Shown piece by piece: positions 1-9,089 of a stretch of 64,000 nucleotides of DNA; the first letter of the stretch is position 1, and every line of letters starts with the position of its first letter. Where the stretch lies: the NCBI GenBank assembly GCA_963745235.1, contig CAVUXE010000052.1, positions 274,009 through 338,008 of the forward strand. The letters are read 5' to 3'. The DNA comes from an uncultured Spirochaetota bacterium (GTDB lineage: Bacteria > Spirochaetota > Spirochaetia > SZUA-6 > Fen-1364). A program made the position numbers and the translations under genes. Below the pieces are notes generated by a model, which was given only the letters and a program-made list of their open reading frames with translations, did not search any database and was not told the origin of the DNA.

Positions 1-7
1 GCCCGCC

Positions 8-592
8 GTGGTGGAGGAGCAGGAATACGGGATGGTTGTACGCGAGATGGTCACGCCGGAAGAGATCGTGCGCGCCCACGAGTTCGCGAGGGAATACTAC
101 TTCTACAAGGACTACAACTACGATTACGAAGTGGCCAGGCAGTTCGACCTGAACTCCGACGTCTACGCCGTGACGGACAAGTCGGGAGAAATGGTCGCTC
201 TTGCCAAATGCGCGGTCCGCGCACCAGGCTACTATTGCCCGTTCATGTACGCTAATGTGGAGGACGGCAGCCATTTCCGGCTCCCCGACCATTGGCGCCG
301 CATCGGGGAAGTCATGGCTATCTATAAGGAAGGCAAGAGCGGGGTGGTTGCCTACAAGAGGCTGATGGAGTTTCTGACCCAGTACTCCTGCCATATCGCG
401 CGGGCCGACACCATCCTCACGACGTACGCCGTGAACGATCCCTACACCGGCAACTACTACAAGAGCAAGTTCAGGATGGAAGAGGCCGGGGCCACCCTGA
501 CGTACCGGGATTTCGGAGGCAAATGGATCCTTTTATGGACGAACAAAATCCTCGAGCTCGCAAAGCTGCACCGGGACTTGTTCAAAAAGTAA
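8..592 (+). CDS. Putative GNAT-fold acyltransferase, LuxI/FeeM (N-acyl synthase)-like; may be 5' partial
   Basis: Layout 'VREMVTPEEIVRAHEFAREYY...FDLNSDVYAVTDKSGEMVALAKCAVR...RIGEVMAI' resembles the LuxI/FeeM pattern (helix, D-x-D plus beta hairpin, later xEx strand). Frame is open to the window edge. Family call is by eye. Confidence 0.5.
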   Translation: MVEEQEYGMVVREMVTPEEIVRAHEFAREYYFYKDYNYDYEVARQFDLNSDVYAVTDKSGEMVALAKCAVRAPGYYCPFMYANVEDGSHFRLPDHWRRIGEVMAIYKEGKSGVVAYKRLMEFLTQYSCHIARADTILTTYAVNDPYTGNYYKSKFRMEEAGATLTYRDFGGKWILLWTNKILELAKLHRDLFKK

Positions 593-2547
593 GGGCCCTC
601 CTCTTCGAGGGTCTCCCCCAGTCGCGGGAGCAGCGCGAGCAGTATCGACGCCAGCAGGCGGACTCCCTCACCCGGATAAACCGGGTCTTTGCCCTCGTCG
701 GCGTGGCGGCCACGGCATACCTCATGCTCTTCAGTGACGCCACGACGTACCCGCAGTACGCGCATGCCATGTTCCAGGGCAGGATGTACACGATCGTCGC
801 CGCGACGATCATCGGCTTGTTGTCCTTTTTTCCCTTTGCCCGTCGTATCGGCATTCCATTGTCTTTCCTTCTCTTCGTGAGCGGCACGCTGCAGACAGCC
901 CACCTCACGGCAGTGATGAACAATATTCCCGCTGACCTGACGGCGTGGGTCTACATCAACCTCATTTTCTGCGGCATCTACCCCCTGCCCGTCACGTATT
1001 CCTTCGTCGCAACGGTCATCGGCGTGGCCTATTACATCGTCGTCTACAGATTGAGCGGCTTCGTGCCGGACGTGGCTTTCCAGCAGACCCTGGTGAATAT
1101 CGTGGTGCCGAGCCTCCTGGTGCTCGCGTTCAAAATCGGGATGGAGCGGATCCGAAAGAGGGAGTTCTATTTCCGGGTCGGCCTGCAGAAGGCCAACCAG
1201 GAGATTGCGGAGCTGAATGTGAAACTCGAAGACGAGAACCTGAGGCTGTCCCACGAGCTGGAGGTTGCCCAGCACATCCAGAGCATCGTGCTGCCGCAGG
1301 AAAGCGACTACCAGGCTTTCCGCGACCTGGAGATCTCCTGCCGCATGGTGCCGGCAACCGAGGTGGGAGGGGATTTCTACGACACCATCCATTTCGGCCC
1401 CGAGGGGTTTCTTTCCATCGGGGACGTGACGGACCACGGCCTGCACTCCGGCCTCATCATGATGATGGTCCACACCGCCCTGCGAGCCTTGAGCAGGATA
1501 GAGCGCAACGACATCCAGCGGATCTACGGCGTGATCAACCGCCTGTTGTACGATTTCCGCCTCAAGACCCTGGACCACCGCATCATGTCGCTGATCATCC
1601 TCAGGTACCTGGGGGACGGCAACTTCATGATGACGGGTCAGCATGAGACCATCCTCATCCTCCACAAGGACGGCACCGTCCGGAACATCGAATCCCTGGA
1701 GTACGGGATGTATGCCGGGCTTGACGCCAACGTGCTCCCCTACCTCAAGCTGTTCAACTTCCATCTCGACGAAGACGACGTCCTGATCCTCTACACAGAC
1801 GGCGTGACAGAAGCGCAGAACGGGCAGGGAGATGCCTTCGGGACAGCGGGAATCATCACCGCGGCAAGCCCTGTTCGCGGGTCATCCGCGGAGGCAATCC
1901 AGACAGCCATCGTGGAAGCCTGCCAGCAGCACATCGGCCAGGCGCGGCGTTTCGACGACATTTCGGTGGTCGTGGTGAAGAAGGTTGCCGACAAGGGGTG
2001 GGACGGGCAGCTGCGCGGCACCGTTCACGTGGGGGATGCAATCGACCTCGACAGCGGAGTCGAAAGCGCCTTCAACGTGCGCTTTCTCCCCCTGGACATG
2101 TTTGACCACTGGCAACGAGGGAGCGTCCTCTCGGATTTCACCGCGGACTACTTCCGGCATAATTTCCCGTCGGAGGAACAGGCCGGGCTCATATCCACGG
2201 TGGTCAACGAGCTGGTGGAGAACGCGGTCAAGTTCAGCTCCAACAACTCGCTCCCCGTCGAGCTCATCCTCAGGAAGGCAAATGACAGGATGGTGGTGGA
2301 GATCACCAACACGCTGCCGCAGAACCGCACCCAGCCCTTCATGGCCACCTGTCGGGAGCTCTTCGAGAGCAACCTCGATGAGCTGTACGTCAAACGGATG
2401 GACCAGGGACGGACGGATCGCGAGTCATCAGGGCTCGGACTGCTCCTGATCAAGAAGGACTACAGCACCAAGCTCAGCTTTCAGTTCCGATTTGACGATG
2501 ATGATACCGTCCAGGTGACGGTCGCAACAGAGCTGGCCTTCAAATGA
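523..2547 (+). CDS. Membrane (about 6 TM) SpoIIE/PP2C phosphatase fused to a C-terminal Slr1658/SiaB-like HATPase kinase domain
   Basis: Hydrophobic N-terminus and coiled coil; PP2C motifs EVGGDFYD, IGDVTDHG, LYTDGVTE, DDISVVV; C-terminal SDFTADYF, N-box NELVENAVKF and G-box SSGLGL. Confidence 0.85.
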   Translation: MDPFMDEQNPRARKAAPGLVQKVRALLFEGLPQSREQREQYRRQQADSLTRINRVFALVGVAATAYLMLFSDATTYPQYAHAMFQGRMYTIVAATIIGLLSFFPFARRIGIPLSFLLFVSGTLQTAHLTAVMNNIPADLTAWVYINLIFCGIYPLPVTYSFVATVIGVAYYIVVYRLSGFVPDVAFQQTLVNIVVPSLLVLAFKIGMERIRKREFYFRVGLQKANQEIAELNVKLEDENLRLSHELEVAQHIQSIVLPQESDYQAFRDLEISCRMVPATEVGGDFYDTIHFGPEGFLSIGDVTDHGLHSGLIMMMVHTALRALSRIERNDIQRIYGVINRLLYDFRLKTLDHRIMSLIILRYLGDGNFMMTGQHETILILHKDGTVRNIESLEYGMYAGLDANVLPYLKLFNFHLDEDDVLILYTDGVTEAQNGQGDAFGTAGIITAASPVRGSSAEAIQTAIVEACQQHIGQARRFDDISVVVVKKVADKGWDGQLRGTVHVGDAIDLDSGVESAFNVRFLPLDMFDHWQRGSVLSDFTADYFRHNFPSEEQAGLISTVVNELVENAVKFSSNNSLPVELILRKANDRMVVEITNTLPQNRTQPFMATCRELFESNLDELYVKRMDQGRTDRESSGLGLLLIKKDYSTKLSFQFRFDDDDTVQVTVATELAFK

Positions 2548-2909
2548 CGGCGGGGTACGGGCAGATGGACGACAATACCAGGGAACCCTATTCGGTCAGG
2601 GTGACGCGTGACTTCTCTCGGATCGCTTTCACCGGGACGCTCCGGCTGCAAGGCAGGCCGGACTACGAGAAGATCCATCGCATGCTTCGCTATGCGGCTC
2701 AGAGATCCGGGGAGAGCCTTGAGATCGACCTGCGTCAACTGCTTTTCCTGAACAGCTCTGGAATATCCACCTTCAGCCTTTTCATCATCGAGATGCGGGA
2801 GATCGGAAAGAAGATTACCATCACGGGGAGCAAGGCAATCGCCTGGCAGAGCAAGTCCCTTGCAAACTTCCGGCGCCTGTACGACAAGGTCGTGGTCAAC
2901 CTAGTGTAG
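2544..2909 (+). CDS. Slr1659-like STAS / anti-anti-sigma-type phosphoacceptor
   Basis: GTLRLQG, IDLRQLLFLNSSGISTF (SSG phosphoacceptor motif), WQSKSLANFRRL; ATGA overlap with the upstream gene. Confidence 0.85.
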   Translation: MTAGYGQMDDNTREPYSVRVTRDFSRIAFTGTLRLQGRPDYEKIHRMLRYAAQRSGESLEIDLRQLLFLNSSGISTFSLFIIEMREIGKKITITGSKAIAWQSKSLANFRRLYDKVVVNLV

Positions 2910-3902
2910 ACGACCGGGAGCGCCCCCCTCCGCCTCAATGAACCGCACGGCCTTCCTCAGATCTTCCAGGATGGACGACCTCTCAGCGGGAGTGGCCGAA
3001 TCCGGCTCGTAGTAGAGCTGGCGCAGGAAGAACCCGTTCCCGAACTCGACGAACCTCGATTCCCCGGCGCCCGTTTCAGTCTTGATTCCAACGATCTTGA
3101 AGACCTTGAGGGGATAGTGGATTCCGCGGACCTCGATCAGGCGCGGTCCCTCGACTTCCACGATGTCCTTGACCAGGGCGTAGGTGTACTCGCTGATGAA
3201 TATCGAGTTGCGGTCGGCGATTTTTTCCAGGCGCGCCGCGATGTTCACCTGGCCCCCGATGATGGTGTAGTCCATCCTGGCTTCGGAGCCGAAGTTGCCG
3301 ACTGTGCAGTAGCCGGTGTTGATCCCCATGCGCACGGCAAGGCCCTGGGAGGCCCCCACGGCAAGCCACTTGCTGCTCAGCAGCTTCACCTTCTCCAGCA
3401 TCTCCACGGCCATGCGCACGCAGCGCTTGGCGTGCGTCTCGTCATCGATGAACTGGGGGTCACCGAAGAAAACGACAATGGCGTCCCCGATGAACTTGTC
3501 CACCGTTCCCCCGTAGATGCCCGCGATGGTGGACATCTCGGTGAGGTACTCGTTGAGAAGGGCGGACAGCGTCTCGGGCTCCAGGGTATCGGTCACCTCG
3601 GTGAAGCCCACGATGTCTGAAAAGAACATGGTGAGCTTCTGGCGCTTGTAGGAGAGCTCGGAGGTGAGCTTTCCCGTCTCGATGGAGTCGTAGACCTGGG
3701 AGGGCAGGTAGATCTTCATGAGGGCGAGCAGGCTGTTGATGCGCTGGTTTTTCTCCTCCAGCTCGTTCTCGATCATCGTTCCGTGCTCGATCGTGTTCTC
3801 GTACATGATCTGGAGATCACGCTGCCAGTTCTTGAGCTTTTCGATCTCCCGCCTCAGGTCCGCGATGTCGACGAAGCTCTCCTCCGGGGGATTCTCTGTC
3901 AT
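2901..3902 (-). CDS. Class III adenylate cyclase (CyaB-like catalytic domain) with a soluble N-terminal coiled coil
   Basis: FFSDIVGFT, VDKFIGDA (Lys indicates ATP specificity), GINTGYCTVGNFG, DYTIIGGQVNIAARLE; no TM segment. Confidence 0.92.
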   Translation of the reverse strand: MTENPPEESFVDIADLRREIEKLKNWQRDLQIMYENTIEHGTMIENELEEKNQRINSLLALMKIYLPSQVYDSIETGKLTSELSYKRQKLTMFFSDIVGFTEVTDTLEPETLSALLNEYLTEMSTIAGIYGGTVDKFIGDAIVVFFGDPQFIDDETHAKRCVRMAVEMLEKVKLLSSKWLAVGASQGLAVRMGINTGYCTVGNFGSEARMDYTIIGGQVNIAARLEKIADRNSIFISEYTYALVKDIVEVEGPRLIEVRGIHYPLKVFKIVGIKTETGAGESRFVEFGNGFFLRQLYYEPDSATPAERSSILEDLRKAVRFIEAEGGAPGRLH

Positions 3903-3946
3903 GAGATCAATGTAACGGCAGAGGGAACGCGATGGAAGGTCCCGCT

Positions 3947-4333
3947 TCAGGCTTCCCCGCGGGAGCGCCGCGCGTCGATGTCATCCGGATACGAGAGGGC
4001 TTCCCCTCCCCGCTCCCCCGTGCGGATGCGAAGGACATCTTCCACGGGGTAGATGAAGATGATTCCGTCCCCTTCCTTGCCCGTGCGGGCGGCCTTCATG
4101 ATGGCGGCGACCGTGGTTTCGACGTTGCGCTCGCTGAGGATGATGTTCAGCTGGATCTTCGGGAGCATGTCTTTGTGCAGATAGGTATACCGCCAGGAGT
4201 GCTCCTGGCTGCCGAGCCTTCCGTGGCCGCGGATCTCGAAAACGTTCATTCCCACGATCCCGATGCCGGCCAGCGCCTCGCGAACGCCGTCAAGGGCCTC
4301 CTCCCTGATGATTGCCTCGATCTTTCGAAACAC
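3947..4333 (-). CDS. P-II family regulator with atypical T-loop and B-loop
   Basis: KIEAIIR, AARTGKEGDG, VLRIRTGERG; AAGGAG Shine-Dalgarno (SD) upstream of the GTG start. Confidence 0.9.
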   Translation of the reverse strand: MFRKIEAIIREEALDGVREALAGIGIVGMNVFEIRGHGRLGSQEHSWRYTYLHKDMLPKIQLNIILSERNVETTVAAIMKAARTGKEGDGIIFIYPVEDVLRIRTGERGGEALSYPDDIDARRSRGEA

Positions 4334-4510
4334 GCTTCTGTTCTCCTTTCACACAGAACGTGCACGAATACGGCCTCCTCTGCAACGGTCGGCCGGCGGC
4401 TCCGCGGGGAGGTCGGTATTCGCGCCATCTTGTCCTGTTCCATCTCTACCACGCGGAGCAGCGCGTGATGAATTTGATGGTGATCCAATTGTTTCCGAGG
4501 AGGATTGCCT

Positions 4511-5863
4511 ATGACCAAACGCGCTCTCTCGGTCGTGGCATGCGCCGCGGCCATCATGCTGCTGGGAGTGCTCCCCGCCGGCGCTGGCGGGCAGCCGGAA
4601 GCTTCCACGGGGCCGGTGACGCTGCAGTACGCGTTCTGGGGGGACCAGAACGAGATCAATGCCACCAACGCATACCTGAACGGGTACATGCAAAAGCACC
4701 CGAATGTGAAGATAGAGGCTCTCAACTTCGGCTCGAACACCGATTTCAATACCAAGATCACCACCCTTGCCGCAAGCAACACGCTTCCCGACCTCGGGTA
4801 CTTCTACGAGCCCAACGTGCTCACCTGGGGAATGAGCGGCAAGTTCGTTGACCTCACCGACTTCTACAAGAGCCAGCCGGCCAAGCTGGATGCCATCAAG
4901 TTCGTCACCCCGGACGGAAAGATCGTCGGGGTCAGCGTCGCGAACGAGGTCCAGGTGATCTGGTACAGCAGGAAGATGTTTGATGACGCCGGGCTCCCCT
5001 ACCCGCCGGCGGAGGCGAGCAAGGCATGGAGCTGGGACAAGTTCGTGCAGGTGGCGAAGCAGCTGACCAAGGACGCGAACGGAAAGACACCCAACGATGC
5101 GGGCTTCGATCCGCAGAACATTCATCAGTTCGGGACATGGGTCCAGAACTGGTGGATGCCGTGGCTCACCTTCGCAATCAGCAACGGCGGAGGCCTCGTC
5201 AACGCTGACGGGACGAAACTGATCATGGACAGCCCCGGCACCATCGAGGCAATCCAGAAGATGGCTGATCTGGCGACGGTGGATCACGTGAGCCCCGCGC
5301 CCGGCACGCAGCAGATGCCCACCGCCGCGGCAACGGCGCTGCTCAGCCAGCAGGTGGCGATGGTGGTGGACGGGACCTGGGACCTTCTCACGCTGGGGAT
5401 CACGAAGCAGCAGCAGGGCCTGGACTTCGGCGTCGGGGTGCTTCCCTCCATGAAGAACCTCGCCACCTCGTCCGTCGGGACGCCCATTGTGGTGTACAAG
5501 TCCTCCGCGCACATCCCCCAGGCGCTGGAGCTGCTGAAGTTCGTCATGAACCCGGAGAACTCGCTTCCCCTTGAGAAGAGCGGACTGTGGCTTCCGAACG
5601 AGAAACAGTGGTACACGGACCCGAAGCTCATTGCGGAGTGGACGGACAACCCTGTGCATCCGCCCGAGTACAGGACGGCGGTGGTGGATTTCGCCCTGAA
5701 CTACTCGCACCGGCTGCCGCAGTACTATGTGCCGACCTTCTCGAAGATGGACGACGTCATTGAAGCAGCGCTTCAGCAGGTCTGGCTGGGCCAGAAGACG
5801 GCCGCGGACGTGATCAACAACGAGATCATGCCGAAGATCACGCCGATCTTCCAGGGAAAGTGA
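4511..5863 (+). CDS. Sugar ABC transporter substrate-binding protein
   Basis: Signal peptide, IWYSRKMFDDAGLPYP, WSWDKF, VAMVVDGTW; GAGGAGG SD upstream of ATG 4511. Confidence 0.9.
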   Translation: MTKRALSVVACAAAIMLLGVLPAGAGGQPEASTGPVTLQYAFWGDQNEINATNAYLNGYMQKHPNVKIEALNFGSNTDFNTKITTLAASNTLPDLGYFYEPNVLTWGMSGKFVDLTDFYKSQPAKLDAIKFVTPDGKIVGVSVANEVQVIWYSRKMFDDAGLPYPPAEASKAWSWDKFVQVAKQLTKDANGKTPNDAGFDPQNIHQFGTWVQNWWMPWLTFAISNGGGLVNADGTKLIMDSPGTIEAIQKMADLATVDHVSPAPGTQQMPTAAATALLSQQVAMVVDGTWDLLTLGITKQQQGLDFGVGVLPSMKNLATSSVGTPIVVYKSSAHIPQALELLKFVMNPENSLPLEKSGLWLPNEKQWYTDPKLIAEWTDNPVHPPEYRTAVVDFALNYSHRLPQYYVPTFSKMDDVIEAALQQVWLGQKTAADVINNEIMPKITPIFQGK

Positions 5864-6774
5864 TTTCAGCGCGCAGGACCGCGCGTCGATGGACAGCCCG
5901 TGAGGCAATCACGGGCTATCTCTTTGCCTCCCCCGTCATCCTGGGGCTCCTGATCTGGGTGATCGGGCCCATGATCGGGATCGTCTTCATCAGTCTCACG
6001 GACTGGAACGTCCTCAGCGTCCCCCGCCTGATCGGCCTCCGCAACTACATCCGCCTCTTCACCACGGACCTCTTCTTCCGCGGCTCCCTCGCGGTCACCT
6101 CGTATTTCGTGGTCGTGAACGTTGCGCTGACCATCCTCTACTCCCTCATCCTCGCCCTGCTGCTCAACCAGAAGATCCGGGGGCGCGGGATCTACCGAAG
6201 CATCTTCTATCTCCCGTCCATCCTCCCGGTCGTTGCGAGCAGCATCCTCTGGCTGTGGCTGTACAACCCGGACTTCGGGCTCTTCAACGATGTGCTGCGG
6301 GCCGTCGGGATCCGCAAATCCCTGTGGCTCGTCGGGCAGACGACCGTGGTCCCCTCCCTCGTCCTCATGTCCGTCTGGGGCGGCGCGGGCAACACCATCG
6401 TCATCTTCCTGGCCGCGCTCCAGGGCGTCCCGCGGCAGCTCCTGGAGGCGGTTGAAATGGATGGAGGGAACTGGTTTCACAAGTTCTGGGCCATCACGTG
6501 GCCCATGATCTCACCGGTCACGTTCTTCAACCTCGTGGTTGGTCTCATCAATTCTTTCCAGGTCTTCACGCAGATCTATATCATGACCAACGGCGGCCCG
6601 AACAACGCGAGCCTCTTCTATGTCTACCTGATGTACCGGGACGGTTTCCAGCGAAACGACATGGGAACGGCGGCGGCGTTGTCCCTGGCGCTCTTCCTGA
6701 TCGTTTCCCTCCTCGGTTTGCTCCTCTTCCGCTGGTCGCGGCGCTGGGTGTACTACGGCGGGGAAGGCGCATGA
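5860..6774 (+). CDS. Carbohydrate ABC transporter permease (MalF-type)
   Basis: Multiple TM helices; EAA loop LLEAVEMDGG; SFQVF. Confidence 0.92.
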   Translation: MISARRTARRWTAREAITGYLFASPVILGLLIWVIGPMIGIVFISLTDWNVLSVPRLIGLRNYIRLFTTDLFFRGSLAVTSYFVVVNVALTILYSLILALLLNQKIRGRGIYRSIFYLPSILPVVASSILWLWLYNPDFGLFNDVLRAVGIRKSLWLVGQTTVVPSLVLMSVWGGAGNTIVIFLAALQGVPRQLLEAVEMDGGNWFHKFWAITWPMISPVTFFNLVVGLINSFQVFTQIYIMTNGGPNNASLFYVYLMYRDGFQRNDMGTAAALSLALFLIVSLLGLLLFRWSRRWVYYGGEGA

Positions 6775-7604
6775 GATCGGAACGGAGGCTGTGGCGCGTG
6801 CTGCTGTACTTCATCCTCACCCTCGGCGCCGCGCTTTGCCTTGTCCCGATCTTCTGGCTGGTGCGCAGCTCACTGATGACCCTCGTGGAGATATTCAAGT
6901 TCCCGCCCCTCGCGTGGCCCGCCATGATGCGCTGGGACAACTACGCAGGGGCAATGACCACCTTTCCCTTTCTCCTGTATTTCAGGAATACGCTGATCGT
7001 CGTGGTGCCCACGGTGCTCGCGTCCCTGGTGACCTCCAGCCTGTCGGCCTACGGACTGGCGAGGTTCCGTTTTCCGCTGCGAGGGTTCTGGTTCTCGCTC
7101 GTTGTGGGCGCCATCATCGTGCCGCCCGCCGTGGTCCTCATTCCGCAGTTCATCCTCTGGACTCGTCTTCACCTGGTCAACACCTTCTTTCCCCTGATCG
7201 TCCCTTACTGGTTCGGCGGCGGCGCGTTCAACGTGTTCCTCCTGCGCCAGTTCTTCATGACCGTGCCGAGAGACTTCGATGACGCGGCGAGGATGGACGG
7301 CGCAACGTACTTCCGTGTTTTCCGCCAGATTCTGCTCCCGTTCATCCAGCCCGCCCTCATCGCCGTCGGCCTGTTTCAGTTCTTCTTCCAGTGGAACGAT
7401 TTCTTCGGCCCCCTGATCTACCTCAACGACCCGCATACCTACACCCTGGCCGTCGGGCTGACGCACTTCATTGGCACATTCGCCACGCAATGGAACTACC
7501 TGATGGCGGCAACCGTCATCATCGTCGTCCCTCCCGTCATCGTATTCTTCGTCGGCCAGCGGTACTTCGTCGAGGGCATCACGCTGACAGGCATCAAGAT
7601 GTGA
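6771..7604 (+). CDS. Carbohydrate ABC transporter permease (MalG-type)
   Basis: FDDAARMDGA, WNDFFGPLIYL, QRYFVEGI; ATGA overlap at 6771. Confidence 0.92.
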   Translation: MRSERRLWRVLLYFILTLGAALCLVPIFWLVRSSLMTLVEIFKFPPLAWPAMMRWDNYAGAMTTFPFLLYFRNTLIVVVPTVLASLVTSSLSAYGLARFRFPLRGFWFSLVVGAIIVPPAVVLIPQFILWTRLHLVNTFFPLIVPYWFGGGAFNVFLLRQFFMTVPRDFDDAARMDGATYFRVFRQILLPFIQPALIAVGLFQFFFQWNDFFGPLIYLNDPHTYTLAVGLTHFIGTFATQWNYLMAATVIIVVPPVIVFFVGQRYFVEGITLTGIKM

Positions 7605-7666
7605 GGAAGCGGAGCACTTGCCGCGACACCCTCCAACGCGTACGTTGAAAAGGCGAGGAGGGCGCG

Positions 7667-8161
7667 ATGAAAGCAGGGGCGCTTTTCATCATTCTGGTGC
7701 TCGGGCTTGTCGCCGCCGGGAGGGCGGCCGCGGAGGATACGACAAAGGGGGATCCGAGGGTCGCGCGGCAGCTGGACCGATTGGGCCTGAAGTACAAGCT
7801 CACCGACAGCGGCAACTACTCTCTCACGTACGATCTGAAAGGCGGGCGCAGTCAGACCGTCTATATCATGGGCACGACGGAAAAATACAATGATACGGAA
7901 ATCCGCGAGCTGTGGTCCCGCGCGGGCACGTATGACACGCTGCCCCCCGCGGACGTGATGCAGACGCTCCTGGAGGAAAGCGGGACGGAGAAGATCGGCT
8001 TCTGGAGCATCGAGAAAAGCGACGGGGGCGGGTACATCGTGTATTTCTCCGTGAAAGTCCCTGTCTATGTGCGGGATTCGGACCTCTCCTCGCTTCTCGA
8101 GCTCACGGCGGACGTGGCGGACCAGAAAGAGCAGGAGCTGTTCAACTCGGACGACGAGTGA
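7667..8161 (+). CDS. Secreted hypothetical protein, possibly YbjN / T3SS-chaperone-like fold
   Basis: GAGGAGG SD, signal peptide, GGRSQTVYI...IRELWS pattern. Confidence 0.6.
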   Translation: MKAGALFIILVLGLVAAGRAAAEDTTKGDPRVARQLDRLGLKYKLTDSGNYSLTYDLKGGRSQTVYIMGTTEKYNDTEIRELWSRAGTYDTLPPADVMQTLLEESGTEKIGFWSIEKSDGGGYIVYFSVKVPVYVRDSDLSSLLELTADVADQKEQELFNSDDE

Positions 8162-8318
8162 ACGGGTTGATCTGCCCGGCCAGAGCGGCGCGGCTCTTGC
8201 GCGGGTGAACGCAGCGGGCTCGCCGCTCATGGCAGGGCCAATCGCGCTGCTCGTCCGGCTGCCGCGCGCGGACGCGATAACTGCCCACGGCGCTGTCCTT
8301 CCTCAGTATCTTGTGTCT

Positions 8319-9021
8319 GTGACCCTTCGAATCGGCACCAGCGGCTACAGCTACAAGGAATGGAAGGGCGTATTCTACCCGGAGGACCTCAAGGCATCGG
8401 AAATGCTGTCCTACTACGCCGAGCGGCTGGGCACCGTGGAGATCAACAATACCTTCTACCGACTCCCGACGCGAAAGCTGCTGGAAGGCTGGGCCTCCCA
8501 GGTGCCGGACGGCTTCCGCTTTGTCCTGAAAGTGTCCCAGAAAATCACCCATTTCAAGCGGCTCAAGGGAGCGGAGGAAGAGACCGGTTACCTTGTGGAC
8601 AGCGCGCGCGTGCTGGGGCCAAAGCTCGGAGCCTTCCTTGTCCAGATCCCGCCGAACTTCGCGCGCGACGATGATCGGCTGGCGAAGTTCCTCGCCTTGC
8701 TGCCCGGCGGAAATGCGCGCGGCCCTCGAAGTCCGCAATCCTTCCTGGATGGACCCCCAGGTCTTCGCGATACTGGAAAAGCACGGCGTTGCCCTTGTTG
8801 CGAGCCAGACGGACGAAGAGCCCGAGCCGGCCATCGTGAGGACCGCCCCCTGGGGCTACCTTCGACTTCGAAAGACGTCGTATCAGCCCGGCGAGCTCAC
8901 GGACTGGTCGCGGCGGATAGCAGACATGGGATGGGACGACGCCTTCGTGTTCTTCAAGCACGAACAGATAGCACCCGATCTGGCTGAAAAGCTGACCGCA
9001 GCCGCGCAGAAAAACGCATAG
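8319..9021 (+). CDS. DUF72 domain protein (frameshift near 8710, probably a sequence error)
   Basis: RIGTSGYSYKEWKG, VEINNTFY in one frame; ALEVRNPSW, YLRLR, FVFFKHE continue in another frame. Confidence 0.85.
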
Positions 9022-9089
9022 GCGCAGGCCGCCCTGACCAGGCATCCCCGCGGGAACCGCTTGCCGAAGAGGCGTGTTCAAGAGTAATC

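Noticed and set aside
457-1764. Long antisense ORFs (also 4349-5908, 44586-46031, 57220-59964)
   Set aside because: These are shadow frames of real high-GC genes with no recognisable motifs.
9044-9057. ATCCCCGCGGGAAC as another copy of the HNH palindrome or a CRISPR repeat fragment
   Set aside because: A single imperfect GC-rich match, plausible by chance.
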